Shown here: one piece after another, positions 46,890 through 60,305 of the stretch
Layout: each line of letters begins with the position of its first letter
Numbering within the stretch: the stretch's first letter is position 1
Source: Callorhinchus milii
Taxonomy: Eukaryota
Direction: 5' to 3'
NCBI RefSeq assembly: GCF_018977255.1
Contig: NW_024704759.1
Coordinates: forward strand, 7,316,001 to 7,380,000
DNA length: 64,000 nt
Program-made: the position numbers and the translations under genes
The notes under the pieces: model-generated
What the model was told of the DNA's origin: nothing
Database searches by the model: none
The model's input: the letters and a program-made list of their open reading frames with translations, nothing else

Positions 46890-47285
46890 ACTACAACAAC
46901 AACTTGCATTTATATACACAGGGCAGCATCCCGGAGGGCTTGACAGTGGTGGAGTCTGAAACGAGCCATGGGGCGAGGGAGGGGGGGAGGTGACCGTAAG
47001 CGCAATCAAAAAGGAAGGTGTTTAGGTGGGATTTGAAAGTTGGGAGGGTGGAGGCAAGGTGGAGGGATTGAGGGAGAGAAATTCAGGATATAGTGGCTGA
47101 AGTGCCTTGTGGCCACTGATGAAGCTGGAGCCAGCTGAGAGGAGGCAATGGGTGGTGCAGTGGGGCGTAAGCAAATCGGATAGGTAGAGGTGTGAGGGCA
47201 CGAAAGGATTTGAAAACGAGTGAGAGGATCTTGAAATTGATCCGTTCGGTAATTGGGAACCAGTGGAGCCTGGCAAGGACTGGTG
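46890..47285 (-). mobile_element. L2 LINE 3' fragment
   Basis: caacaacaacttgcatttata tail; the reverse translation retains the LHWxP..RIxFKIL region. Confidence 0.75.
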
Positions 47286-47569
47286 TAATATAATAATAAT
47301 AATCCTTGCATTTGATACCGCCTTTGATATGTCTTCTAGACGTCTCCCAAGTGCTTCACAGAGTATACTGTAAAGTGAATTGACTGTATATTTTGTGGAT
47401 GGATGTCCCACAAACAGTCGTGGATTGAGTGACCAAATTATTATTTTATTTCTTTTCTTTTCTTGAGGGATTATCAGGCGTGTGGAGTAAGGAAACTTGC
47501 CCAAGGTTTCGCCCTGCCTGGAATCTCACTTGCGAGGCGAGTGCTCTAACCACTGAGCTACAGGACTCC
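47286..47569 (-). mobile_element. tRNA-Deu-L2 SINE
   Basis: Ends gtgctctaaccactgagctacaggactcc (head, reversed). Confidence 0.85.
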
Positions 47570-48023
47570 AATGGGAGTACATTCCATGGCAATGTGGACA
47601 ATGTGTTGCGATAGGAATTGTGATTGGGTGTTTAAAAAATGCCCTAAATGTGATTCTCCAGGTAGAGTATCCTACATGGAATCATGGACATTTACAGCAC
47701 AGAAGGAGGCCATTTCAGCCCTTTGAGTCTGCGCCGACTCTCAGAGCAAGGTGTTCATTCAATCTCCCATTTAAATCCTACATTTGAGATTATACGACAG
47801 AGGTTTGACCCCAGTTCTAGGTTTAGGAAAAAGGCATTGTACAGTAATGCCTGTCAAAATGTCAAAAATAAATATTACATTGAAATTCAACTGAGCTGCA
47901 GCCTGTTGTAAGCTTGACAAGGGGCTACGGTTCCTATGGAACTTCTGACAAGATGTCGCAATGGATTTAATGGAAATGTGACTCGAAGCCTCAACACAGC
48001 CTTTCTTCTCAGCTGCAATACGC

Positions 48024-48373
48024 CAATAATAATAATTCTTGCATTTGATATAGCGCCTAATCACGTCTTTGAGACGGCTCAAAGCGCTTCACAGAATATA
48101 CTGTAAATTGAATTGACTGTATATTTTGTGGGTGAAACGGGGCAGCCAACTGCACACAGCAGTGTACCACAAACTGTCATTGGATTGAGTGACCAAATTA
48201 TTATTATTTGTTTCAAAAAAAATTGAAGGGTTTATTACACCCGGAAAAGGGATCAGTCAATCGTCTAACAACTGGGTTCCTACGTCCTGCTGGGTAAACA
48301 GAGGTGTGTGGAGTAAGGAAACTTGCGTAACTTTTTGCCCTGCCCAGAAATCAAAGCCACGTCCTCTGGCTTG
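48024..48373 (-). mobile_element. tRNA-Deu-L2 SINE, older subfamily
   Basis: Collinear with 42653-43023. Confidence 0.85.
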
Positions 48374-48987
48374 ATAACAGTGTAACAATACAGCTAAGTG
48401 AGATCTGGAAGTGGTCAAAATTCAATTGGACAACAAGGATGAGAATTACACGCATGTGTAGGCTGGTATGTATTAAGGGATTCAATAGGATTTCTGTTCA
48501 ATGTAAGCACGAGACAATGGGAATTGCCACTTGAGGGAATAATTCACATTAAAATGGATAAAAAGTTTCTAAGTGCAAGTTCTAGTCCGACTAAATGAAC
48601 GACACAGTAGGATGTCATTTGGCCCAACGAGTTAGTGTCAGTGTTTGGTCTTCCAAGTGAAGCTGTCCATCCTAAACCCAATTACCCACTGCAGCTCTTG
48701 CTGTCCAGCTCGCAATCACAGTTGATGTAATTCGCATATGTGAAGCCATGGCTTCACCAGACTCCGCAGTGTGGAAAGGCAGCCCTGAATCCTGAGTGCA
48801 AAAGCATCTCCCAGCTTTCACTCCTTGAGGCTGAAGAGAGCGAGACATTTGTCAACAGAACGTCGTTGGTTACCACAGAACATGGGAAAGAACAGTGAAG
48901 CAAAGCAAGTGTTAGATAATTCAAAGCACTTTCTTGCATCCCAAAATATCTCTCCAGCAAGATACTCTCCTTCCACCTTTATTTGTT

Positions 48988-49790
48988 ACATAGGAACAAA
49001 TAGGAAAGGGAAAATAGGAAAGAGGAAGAGGCCATTCAGCCCTTCAAGCATGTTCCGCCATTTAATTAGATCATGGCTGATCTGTACCTCAACTAATCCT
49101 TTCAATTCCAAATTCCTGCTTTCTCCCCATATCCCTTAATACCCTGACCGACCAAAAATTTATCAACCTCAATGTTGATGGTGTGGAGGGATCCAGCATC
49201 CACGGCCTTTTGGGGGAGAGAATTTCAGATTTCTACCACTCTTTGAGTGAAAAAATGCTTCCTGATTTCACTCTTAAATGGCCTGGATCTAATTTTAAGA
49301 CTATTTTAAGACTCGTTTTGGATTCTCCCATCAGAGAAAATAGCTTCTCTGTATCTACCCTATCAAATTCTTTTATCATCTTAAATACCTCAAGCAAATC
49401 ACCCTTCAACCTTCTAAACTCAAGGGATTACAATCCAAGTTTACGCAGCCTATCACCGTAATTTAACCCTTTAAGGCCTGGCAACGTTCTGGTGAATTTG
49501 CACTGGATCCCCTCCAGGGATAATATATCTTTCCTGAGGTGTGGTGCTCAAAACTGAATGCAGTTTCCAGATGGGGTCTGACTAACGCTCTGTACAGCTG
49601 AAGTATCATTTCTTTCCCTTTGTATTCCAGGCCCCTTGAGATAGAGATCAACATTCCATTTGCCTTTTTGATTATGTTTTGCACCTGGGAATTAGTTTTT
49701 AATGATTTGTGGATATGGACACCCAAATCTCTTTTCTCCTCCACAGTTCTTAATTTCTCACCATTAAGAAAATATTCTGCTTTATCTTTG
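48988..49790 (-). mobile_element. CR1 LINE 3' fragment (about 0.8 kb)
   Basis: YFLNGEKLRTVEEKRDLGVHIHKSLK...KANGML..ISRGLEYK..LQLYRALVRPHLE plus the 3' UTR. Confidence 0.9.
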
Positions 49791-51827
49791 TATAGATATA
49801 AATCCTTTGTGTTCTCCAAAACCTCTCTGCTTTGTAAGGGCAGCAAAGCCTCTGGTTTGCGTTTCATCTCCAATTGAATCAAAGGCTTTTTATTTAACTC
49901 ATTTAATTGTAGGACTGAACAGGAGCCAATACAGTGTTTGCTGCGCTGTGCGTTTACTATTGTCAGAGAGAACAGACAGCAAATATAGTTTTTGTCTCAA
50001 GGTCAGGGTCTCCCATTGCAACATCATACCTGCAGGGAGAACAATTTATAATGAAGAGCTTTTGTTTAAGGATGGGGCACTTTGCACTGATTAGTGTTGA
50101 GTGCATTGCTTGCTTTTGTTTATCCACAAACACGTTTTCTTTGATGTACAGTAATATTTTCTGTATCGGAACTTGTGGCAGCCTTATAAATGCTCCGTTC
50201 CCATGGTGCACAGAGCATTTATAACACTGGCATCACGATTGCATTGCAGCTCCAATAAGCCTGGGTGAGAAAGAAGGGTGAGAGAGAAAAGAAAGTGTGT
50301 GAGTTCTGGGAATGGGGCCCTCAGGTTATTGCAGCATAAGTGTCTTGGATGAATGCACTGATATCCATCAGAAGTCTTTAACCCTTTGGCCCTGTAGATA
50401 CGGTTTGCTAATATATAGTAAAAACTCTGCTGTTGAAGCAGTTGCTAGGTTTTGGAGAACACAAAGGATTCATACCCATTCACATTGAAATTGGCACATC
50501 CTGTAATATAATGTGATATATTGCGGTAGCATCGCTCAGTGTTCCTACTTTGTTAACCCAGGACACTTACTGTGGAGTTTTTTGAAAATCGCATCCTATT
50601 TTTTTATTGCCATGCGGGCAAATTGGATGTGCATTGTCCTGGCCAACAATCCTCCAGTTAAGATGGATCATTTACTTCATTAATGTTTGTGGGAAATTGC
50701 TGTCTATAAATTGGCTGCCATGTTTGCCAACAAATACAAAATCATTACACTTTACAGTAAATCCTGAGAAGTGCTTTGAGACATTTCGACAATGTGATAA
50801 AACGACAAACCAAATGGAAATATTACATTAATTATACTTTTTTGTAGAGGCATAGACATGTCAATGGGGGGGCGGGGGAGTGGAGGAAGAGGAGAAAGGC
50901 TGTGATTTTCCTCATTTGGCTGATGACGCCTCCACAAGCCAGCTTCCAGGTTACCAAGAAGTAGTGTGGTCTTCTCTGGACAGAGATGAGAAGCTTATCA
51001 TTTTTATCTTGGCTATTTTCCAACAGTAACCCCAATGCACACTTTGTGTTCTTCTGGGTATAGGCACGGGAGATGTACTCCATAGGAAGTTAGCTTCCAA
51101 TCCTGGCAGAAGGGAAACTCTGCTTTTTGTGAGCTGCAACTGGAGACACTTTAAACAACACATATTATCCACCAGGCTGATAACAAAAAAATGTTCTGAG
51201 TTGTTAACATCAAAATCCAGAGGGCAATCGAAACAATGGAGAAGCGGAACAAATCATCACAAGTTGAGGACATTGTTACAGTGAGAGATTATAAATTCAG
51301 GTGAGGGATCCCGAGCAAAGGATGCTGATTCCCTGGTCAATCCGATACAAGAGAGCAGCTCTGTTTTATTCTGGAGAGACAGAAAGAGAATGGTGCGCGG
51401 TGTCAGATTCTAAATGGACCAATCTGATAATGGCATATGCTGGAATCAGAAAATTCTGACCCCAAACTCCCTGAGCATTCATGTGGAAACCTCATATTAG
51501 AAATGTCAAATAAAGCTTCTGCTGATGGCAACAGATGATTCCCAGGATTTCAAGAGAACACCGTTCATCTCAGATAAAGCTGAGCCCATGTATTTCCACT
51601 GAAATTGAGAACAGGGATCTTATAATATAGATAAAAGGTATATGGAGATACCAATCCATCAGCTGATTTAGTACGGATCTGAGCCATAAGGTAATAATAG
51701 TCTGAGTATCCTGTATTAATGATGCCCTGCACAGAACAAATACCCTGTGTAAGTTGTTCTGTTGCCATGGACTCTTAACCTGAATAATAATGAACAGTCG
51801 ACCCCTGAATGAATCAAATATCCATAA

Positions 51828-51990
51828 GAATATAAGAATTAGGAGCAGGAGTAGGCCATTCGGCCGCTCGAGCTTGCCCCGCCATTTGATAAGATCATGG
51901 CTGATCTTCAGACCGAACTCTAATTACCTGCCCTATCCCCATATCCCCTAATCCCTCTATTTTTTAAAAATCTATCAGTCTCAGCCTTAA
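51828..51990 (-). mobile_element. CR1 3' end
   Basis: taagaattaggagcaggagtaggccattcggc..., close to the copy at 9165. Confidence 0.8.
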
Positions 51991-52614
51991 GACATAAAAC
52001 CTTGAATAGACATGTCCAGTCAAAGAGGCGATTTATTTCCATGTGCCTCAGTCCTGGGTGAAGGAGGAATACCATTCTTTAAAACCTTTGATCCATGGTC
52101 TTAGTTTCAATCACAATGCCTTGCATTTAAGGAGTAATAATAATGATAATAATTCTTATATTTGGGGTAGCGGTTTTCACATCTGGAAGGTGCCCCAAAG
52201 CACGTCACAGGATTTATAATAAACTATACTGACTGTGTGTTTTGTGGGTGAACATGGCAACCACTTTGCACACAGCAATGCCCCAAAAACAGCCATGAAG
52301 TGAATGATTCATTTTATTTGACAGATTGTTGCCCAGGACACCAGGAGAAACTCCCTTCAACTCTTTGGCCAGGGAATATATATATATTAGTTAAAATGCC
52401 CTCAAATGTTTCGCTGTGATCTTTATTGATTCCAAACGCTGAGGACAAATGAAAAACAAATTCAGAAGCCGATACTGTACTCGGGCTGATGTTTGATTGG
52501 GCGTAAATTAATGTGACCGTTCCTGCGAGGTAACATCATGATGAGGTTGCTGCCATTGTCCTAGTGGAAGCAAAATGGATGCCAGAGTTGGCGAGGCCAA
52601 GTAATAATAGTAAT

Positions 52615-53003
52615 AATTAATAATAATGCTTACATTTATTACAGCATCTTATCACGTCCTTAGAACATCTCAAAGCACTTCACATAATTTACTGTAACTC
52701 TAGTGACTGTGTATTTTGTAGGTGAATGTGGCAGCCAAATATGCGGACAGCAATAACACAAATAACACAAGTGAATGAGCAACTTTATTTCAGGGACCGT
52801 TGGTGAGGACACCCCAGAGAAACTCCCTTCTCTTTTTGAATTGTACTGTGGGATCTTTAGCGTCCACCTGGACAACTGGACAGGCAGATGGGACCTTGGT
52901 TTAACACCTAATCCGAAGAACGTTACCTCTGACAATGCAGCACTTCCCCAGCACTGTATTGGAGTGTCAGCCTAGACTGGGATCTCAAAGTCCTGATGTG
53001 GGG
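52615..53003 (-). mobile_element. SacSINE1-like DeuSINE
   Basis: Deu core gggatctttagcgtccacctg...ttggagtgtcagcctaga. Confidence 0.8.
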
Positions 53004-53436
53004 CAATGATATGTGGGCCAGCAGATATATAAGAGGAAAGGGTTCTGGAGTGTGACAAAGCATTAATTCCTTAAACTGTCACCATAAATCGAAAGAACCT
53101 TGAGGAGGATATTTGACCACTGATGAATCTGGAAAGCAATGTGCTGTTAAACTGGATGCTGCAGCATCTAATTAAGACTGGAAGAACCTGTATTATTGAT
53201 CTCCAGTCCTGCAGCAGGAAATTAAATGAATCTTCAGGGAATCTGGAAAGACAATGTGTTTATTCTATTCAAGGTTTTATGTCTGATTAGAATTAAATTA
53301 AAATCAAAATAAATTACATTAGAATTAATTACCACAAGTAGCTATTGAGGCTAGATCAATAGGATGTTTCTATGGATAAGCACCCAAGCAGTGTTAAGGA
53401 ACATTAAGGAATGAAGGGAAAAGCGTTGGAAAACAA

Positions 53437-53677
53437 TTTTTTTTTTTGGTCAGCTGGGTGTCTGACACATTCGGAAACCCATCACCATGCTTAAGCGTAT
53501 TCAAACCAAGCTGAGATTTCCATGCATTCCATCTACACATGAAAATCCCAGAGATAGATTGTTGGAATGGAGTGTGCACTCTCTCCCTGGAGGAATTCAT
53601 CCTACTTACCTGAACCGGAAAGTATTAGGCACAGGTTGGCAAGCGCCAAGGCTTGGGGACCTCAGAGTGTGGGTTGG
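53437..53677 (-). repeat. Unidentified poly(A)-tailed interspersed repeat, copy 3
   Basis: T11 run followed by the reverse complement of the 28678-28909 sequence. Confidence 0.8.
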
Positions 53678-54662
53678 ATAATAGAAGAGAAATAGCAGTG
53701 ACACAGACATGAAGGTTCAAATGGTTGAATATTTCTGTTCTTGTTAATGATTCAGCAGAGGATTCAGTGACTTGACAAATTGCATTGGGGTTGGCAATGG
53801 AGCTTACTGGCAAAGGCGCAGAGCAATTTTTATAGTTTTCCAAAGTAACTAAATTGCTGCATTTTTCTCACTTATGATTATTTCAAAAAAAAACACTTGA
53901 ACATTTAAGCATTTTTCCTGTTAAATCCTGCAGACAACTCTCAGCTCTTTGGCAATTTCAAGAGCAATGCATTGTCAGCGTTGGTTAGTTATTTGAAGAA
54001 ATGATTGGAACTTCTTCCTTGCACTCCATCTGCGAGCAGAATAAACCTATAATAACCCGAGAGACAGAATGAATGGAGTTTGAATAGCCAAGAGATAAAC
54101 TGACACAAAGTGTAACAAAATGCAGGTCTCATCTTTGGATGCCCTGCATTAGTTTCAATCTCCACTTCAAAAGCAATCAGGGAAATTCAACCATACATTC
54201 TTAAATCAACGGTCACAAAGTGTGCAGAAGTTCTACTTTCTCTGTCTCTGGTTGACCAACATGTTTTAAGGAAAATAACTAGCATTTTTATAGCACTCGT
54301 GCCTCTGGATGGGAAGGTTGTGGGTTCAAGTCCTTTGACAGGAAGCACTGGGCTTACACCCCAGTGCACTGTTGGGGGAGTGCTGTGTTGTTGCAAGTGC
54401 CATCGTTTGGATCAGGCATTAAGACAAAGCCCCATCTGCCTTTTCAGTTGGGACCATACATTTAATATGACTTATGCAAAGTATGAGTTATGTGAAACTT
54501 ACATATCTATACAAATAAAAACACAATGTCTGCCTGTCCGCCAAGAACGCAATAACAGATTGACGTAGAGACATGATTTATACCTCATCGGAAAGACCTT
54601 GTATGGGTGAGTGTCATGGGCATATTTTTTTTCGGGACCTAACCAAGCTCACCACACATGTA

Positions 54663-54777
54663 TGGACTCCAACAAGGAGTCCTCCCAAAAGGAGACCTCC
54701 GAACAGGAGTCCTCCCACTGAGTCCTCCCAATGAGTCTTCCCACTGAGTCCTCCCAACGGGAGTACTCCCAAAAGGA
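54663..54777. repeat. Minisatellite with 13-15 bp unit GAGTCCTCCCA(A/C)N
   Basis: About seven degenerate units are directly visible. Confidence 0.85.
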
Positions 54778-55570
54778 TATGTGTGCAAATATGTGAACAA
54801 GGGATGCTAATGAGTTCTGTAGCACATTTTCTTAATCTTAAGGGTAAAGATGCCTAAGAAGCGAAGATCAAGCCTTTCAGGGACAAATAAAAATGCCAGA
54901 CGAAAGAGAGAAGGCCGATTAAATTAAACTGGTTGCAAGTGTAGCTGCAAGGGGTACAGCTAGTGTCATATAGTTAAAGAAACTGTGACGCTATTTATAA
55001 AGAGAAGTGAGTTTCTCCCAGTGTCCTGGTGAGCAACCCGCCAAATATAATTGGTCACTTAGTTTTCGTGGCTGTGGAGCATTGCTGTGCTGGCTGTTGC
55101 ATTCACCTACAAATGCAGTCAATATATCTTACAGAAAAACTCTGTAAGACGGTTTGATGTGACAATGCACTCTATCAAATGGAAGAATTATTAATTCATT
55201 TTTAAATATTATATTTGTGACTTCAGCAGCTATCTGTAGCTAAGCATTATGTATTCAAACAAGCTTCTCTGTGTAAAACATCTTTTTATCTGTGCCTTTT
55301 TTCGTCTCAAGCTGTGATAATCCTCAATTTATACCCTCTTGTTATTGATTCAACATTCAGAGGAAATAACCCTTCCTCATTTACCTATCAAAATCATTCA
55401 CAATTTTGAAAAACTCTTGTATGTTTATTTTATGGGAAGACGCTTGTTTGATGATATTTATGTAGATAACGCAAAGATACCTATATAAACATTATATGTA
55501 AATATCATTATGATATAAAATGCTCACAAGCTGCATTGACCAGCGATTATATATAATATATATATTTTAT

Positions 55571-55965
55571 GTCAGCCTGGCTCAGTTGGTGGCACTCCCT
55601 GGGCACAAATTGGCTGCCGAGTTTGCCCACAAAATACAGAGGCTCACCTCTTTACAGTATGTCCAGTAAAGTGCTTTGGGATGTCTTAATAATAATAATT
55701 CTTGCATTTGATATAGTGCTTTTCATGTCTTTGAGACATCTCTAAGCACTTCCCAGAATATACTGTAAAGTGAATTGACTATATATCTGTGGGCGAAATG
55801 CGGCAGCCAATTGTGCACAGTAGTGCCCCACAAACAGTCGTGGATTGAGGAATCGAACCCAGGTCTCTCGTTTGCGAGGCGAGTGCTCTAACTACTGAGT
55901 TACAGGACTCCACGTCTTGACATAAGATGAGGTCCGATATAAAATGCTAAAATTATTATTATAAT
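55571..55965. mobile_element. Nested SINEs: a - strand copy (about 55688-55911) inside a + strand copy
   Basis: The inner copy is flanked by gtctt on both sides; the outer tail resumes after 55918. Confidence 0.75.
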
Positions 55966-58177
55966 GATATATATTTTACATTTTTGTACAGTGAAAACTG
56001 AGCTCACTAAGCATTGCTTGAGCCCATTTCTTTTGTGACCATAAAGCACTAAGGTGTTGCGCCCACAAAATCTACTCAATTCACTTTACAGTATATTCTG
56101 TGAAGTGCTTTGAGACGTGATAAGGCACTATATCAAATGTGAGGATTATTATTTATTATTACAGCACTAAAATGGATCAAATGCCTGCATGGGATTGAGA
56201 CACAGTCTTAAAGCCAATCTCTTATCCGACAAGACACTTGTATAACGTGTCATCCCTCCAGTTGACTGAATGCATCCCATTTACACAGTGTCACAATCCA
56301 AATTGGATTCAGTTCAAGTTGACGTCTCCTGCATTGGGGCGGAAGCCATTACCTGTTTAATATGCCCACTAACGCTTTACTGCAGAGGATAGATACCTGC
56401 GGTTCTGTGTGTGTGAATTCCTGAATAAAAGAAACCGTGTAATTTTAATCTTTCCTAAATGTCAGCAATGTGGTTAATAGTCATGGCATGGGTGCCTTGG
56501 GGAGCCTTTGTTTGGGGCAGGGGGAGGTGCTGCCATCTTCATATGAAATGTGTTTCTGCATTCCTATTAGACGCTGCATGTTACCTTACATACCCGTCTG
56601 GTTCTCCCAGATATGTTCTACAGGAATACAATTGATTCCTACCAACTGATTCACTGGGAAGGAGAGGAGGAACCTCTTTATCTTGTTGCATTAGAATCTC
56701 TTTCACGTATGTTCATATGTAATGTATATGACTTTCTTCAGTGTCTGCCTCCCTTCTCCTTCACAACACAGTGCTCCCCGCTCTTAAACCTTTCATACAA
56801 CCAGAGTACGCATCAGTGCAGAAACAGCCCATTTAACCCACCAAGATGGAACTGGTATTTTTCCCACATGAGACAATCTATCCCACTTTCCTGCTCTTTC
56901 GCCAAAACTTTGATTATTCTTCCTTTCCAGGCCTCTATCTAGTTCCCTTTCTCAAGGATTTATGGACTATCCAAGGAAAAAAGATATCAACTTTAGTTTT
57001 GCTTTCCAGCATTCACTCACCAACCAGCCACCTGGCTGAGAACTGGGACTTGCTCTGTGTATGCTGAGGGCCCATTCTGTAGATTGGGTAGAATCGCTTA
57101 CAAATATACCTATAAATACAGTTACTAAGCTTCACAGTGAAGCACTTTGAAACTTCTCGACTATGAGATAAGGCACTGCATCAAATGCAATGATTATTAT
57201 TAAAAACTGTGGTTTATTTAAGGAAGGTTTGCCCTGGTGCCGAAAGATTTTCACTCTGCATTGCATACTTTTAGTGAGCTGCACTCGAATAACATCTTAA
57301 CGAGATTCTTTTCACTACAGCGGTTGTTGGCTTTTATTAATTTTGTGTTCAGCCAACTCACAGTTGAGGTAGATAAATTAAGGCGTGATTTTTGTGAGGC
57401 CAGCTAGCATCCTTTGTGAACTAATAAAGCCCATTATCTATCCTACCTTGTGAATCATCCATGTTCTTTAAGGCTCTATTGGCCATAGTGTGAATTGGGC
57501 TGTGTTAGATAGAGCTCAGTGTGAGTGAGCTGTTTTAGACGACAAAAGCAGCAAATTAGTGCCTTTCACTTCGGAGGACGTCCAAAGCCACTGGACATTA
57601 AGGGATTTGGACCCGATCTGAGGGTTGGGATCAGGAGGGGTGCTGTGTACAGCACCATCCCAAACCGTATTCACTGAGTGAATAAGCTGGCACAAACCAA
57701 TACTTTCAACTGGGATATTGTGTTTAGCATTTATCTTAAAGATCAGTATAGATTTGATTTTATAACTTCAAAAGAAACAAATATCTTAACACAAATAATT
57801 CACTTTAGTGAACAGGCAGCATCTAGCAGCAATGTAATTAAATCTGCTGGAGGGAATAGATTGGTTTAATCTCTTCCTTGACATCGATGTGCCATAGTAA
57901 AAACAAACACCTCCAGGACAGTACTAATCTATACTCTTCCTTATCTTCGTGGCAAGAGAGAAACCAACCTAACTATGTAGCTAAATAAGGTTTCAACGAA
58001 ATGGCGATAGCTGTCAAGCTAAAGAGTGAGACAAGGTGGACTTCAAGCAAGTAGGATTATTCTGCTCCATTTATCATAGTTATTGATATGGATTCAATGC
58101 TATTGAGGACTCTCATCACCCGCCAATCACAAAAAAAACAGAATTCAGTTCTTTATTCTGGGATTTTTCATTAGTGT

Positions 58178-58670
58178 GTCAGGTGGTAGCACTTCTGCCT
58201 CAGAAAGTTGTGGGTTCAAGCCCCACAATGGGACATCAACTCGCGTAGTCTAAACTGACACACCAATGCAGTGCTGGTGATGTGATGGGCTGTCAGAGTG
58301 CCGCCCTTCGAATGAGCTGTTAGGTCCCGTCTGCCTGTTCAGGTTGATGTGAAAGATCCCGTGGCACTACTTGAAAAGGGAAGGGAATTTCTCCTGGTGT
58401 CCTGGCCAACCATCCCTCAAATGAAAATGGTCATTCACTTTGTGGGACATTTGGTCCCTCATCCCCTTCGCTCCACCATCGGTGGCTGTACCTTCAGCCA
58501 CTATGCCTCGAAACTCTGGAAACCCCTCCCGCCTCACCTTCAAATCCTGCCTAAAGAGCTTCCTTTTTGATCGTGCTTACGGTCACCTCCCTCTGCCCCT
58601 GGCTCGGCGGCAGACTCTGGGACACTAAACCACTTGAAGGGCGCTATATAAATGCAAGTTGTTGCTGTTG
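58178..58670 (+). mobile_element. SacSINE1-like DeuSINE joined to an L2 3' end
   Basis: Head and Deu core to about 58445, then RSTIGGCTFSHYASKLW and a (GTT)n tail. Confidence 0.75.
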
Positions 58671-58737
58671 TAGCATCAGTTACCTGGGAGGAAAACACAA
58701 GCAGAGGTCAGTAACACCTGTGGCTTTCAAACAAACC

Positions 58738-59010
58738 TTGGTTGGCTTGATTGGGAGCGCTCTTGCTTCTTAGTCTTAAGGTTGTGGGTTCAAGACCCAC
58801 ATTGGGAGATTGACATCACACTGGCACTCCAATGTAGTGTTGTGGTAGTGCTGCATTATTGGAAATGTCATCTTTTGGATGACATGTTAAGCCAAGGTCC
58901 CAACAACTGGTTCAGGTGGACGTTAAAAGATTCCATGGCACAATTCAAACAATGAGGGGAATTTCTCCCAGTGTCCTGGCTGACAATCCACCAAATAAAA
59001 TTGGTCATTG
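58738..59010 (+). mobile_element. SacSINE1-like DeuSINE
   Basis: aaggttgtgggttcaag...ttcaggtggacgttaaaagattccatggcac...gtgtcctggc. Confidence 0.8.
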
Positions 59011-59066
59011 ATGTCGTGATGAGGTGCAATATCAAACGTAAGCAGTGCTATAAATCTCCCGATGCA

Positions 59067-59355
59067 AATAATAATAATAATCCTTGCATTTGATATAGTG
59101 CTTTTCACGTCTTCTCGACATCTCAAAGCGCTTCACAGAATATGCTGTAACGTTAATTGACTGTACATTTGTGGGCGAAACGCGGCAGCCAATTGCGCAC
59201 AGCAGTGTCCCACAAACAGTCGTGGATTGAAGCGATTTTTTTTCTTGAGGGATTATTATCAGGCATGTGGATTAAGGAAACTTGCCCTGTCGGGAATTGA
59301 ACCCAGGTCTCTCGCTTGCAAAGCGAGTGCTCTAACCACTGAGCTACAGGACTCC
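59067..59355 (-). mobile_element. Young tRNA-Deu-L2 SINE
   Basis: CpG-retaining body, (AAT)n tail and near-intact head. Confidence 0.9.
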
Positions 59356-60064
59356 ACTAAATGTCCTGCTTTAACCATGATTCTGAATTCATTCCTGAGC
59401 TATGGACCTGGCCTCATTTCTACAGTGTACGTTAACTCTCGATGACTCTGATTCTCTCTGGTGCCCCTGAAATGATGGTACGTGGGTAAAAATAGCCAAC
59501 CAGCCTTGATGAAGTCTCCAGTAGCAACTGGAAGAGCTGGGATGTTTGACTGATTAATGTCTGCAGCTCAGCTGAAGTAGCACGCACACTATTGCAAGCC
59601 GCTGTATTATTGAGTGTTGCTGGAGCTGATGACTATTTCAGCGTGACACTGACGATTTAAAACGTGCAACCTGGAACTGACATAGTGTCACACAAATGCT
59701 AAATCGTTTTGGTACCCTTTTTGCTTTAAAGTGTAAGTGCAGTGCAGTGAAACAAATAGTGATGTTAAAAGATCGACGATGGGAGGAAAAAACTTTTTTT
59801 CTTTTTTGATCTCGTTTCTAATAAGCTTCAGTCTCTAAGAGTAGCAGGTTGGCCCATCACTGGACCCTGGGGGATGCTCAGGGCAGAATTAACGGAATTA
59901 TTGTGTGCCATTCTCTTGCTGCTAACCTAATTATGTTATCGAGGATGGTTCTTGAGTACGCTACGGCTGGCAATATTAGATGGGACACAGGTTAAGGAAA
60001 TGAATAAGAGCTCCCAGGTTTCCCAGTCGGAAACCAGCTCTTGCCTGGAGTGAAAGTGAGTTGT

Positions 60065-60305
60065 AAACACCCAGAAAGGTCCCAGGTTCAATCCTTGGTA
60101 TATGATGAGGAGCAGCCCAAGAACCCAGTAAGGCAATGAAAGCGAAAAGACTTACGTGTCCAGTGGTTTCAATTAGAAGGCTCTGCAATTGGACTCAAGA
60201 GGATAAAATCAGTCAGAGTTACCACTCCTGATCATCATCCAGGGATTCCTACAAGACTAAGTGGATATCAGATGAGAACAAGATTGGCTTTAGCTGTAAG
60301 GCTGT
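60065..60305 (+). mobile_element. AmnSINE2-like SINE fragment
   Basis: aaggtcccaggttcaatcc...caattggactca...aaaatcag...ctcctgatc..atccag...gattggctttagctgt. Confidence 0.55.

Noticed and set aside
54663-54777. Repeat array as a CRISPR-like locus
   Set aside because: Units are 13-15 bp with no unique spacers, there are no cas genes, and the context is eukaryotic.
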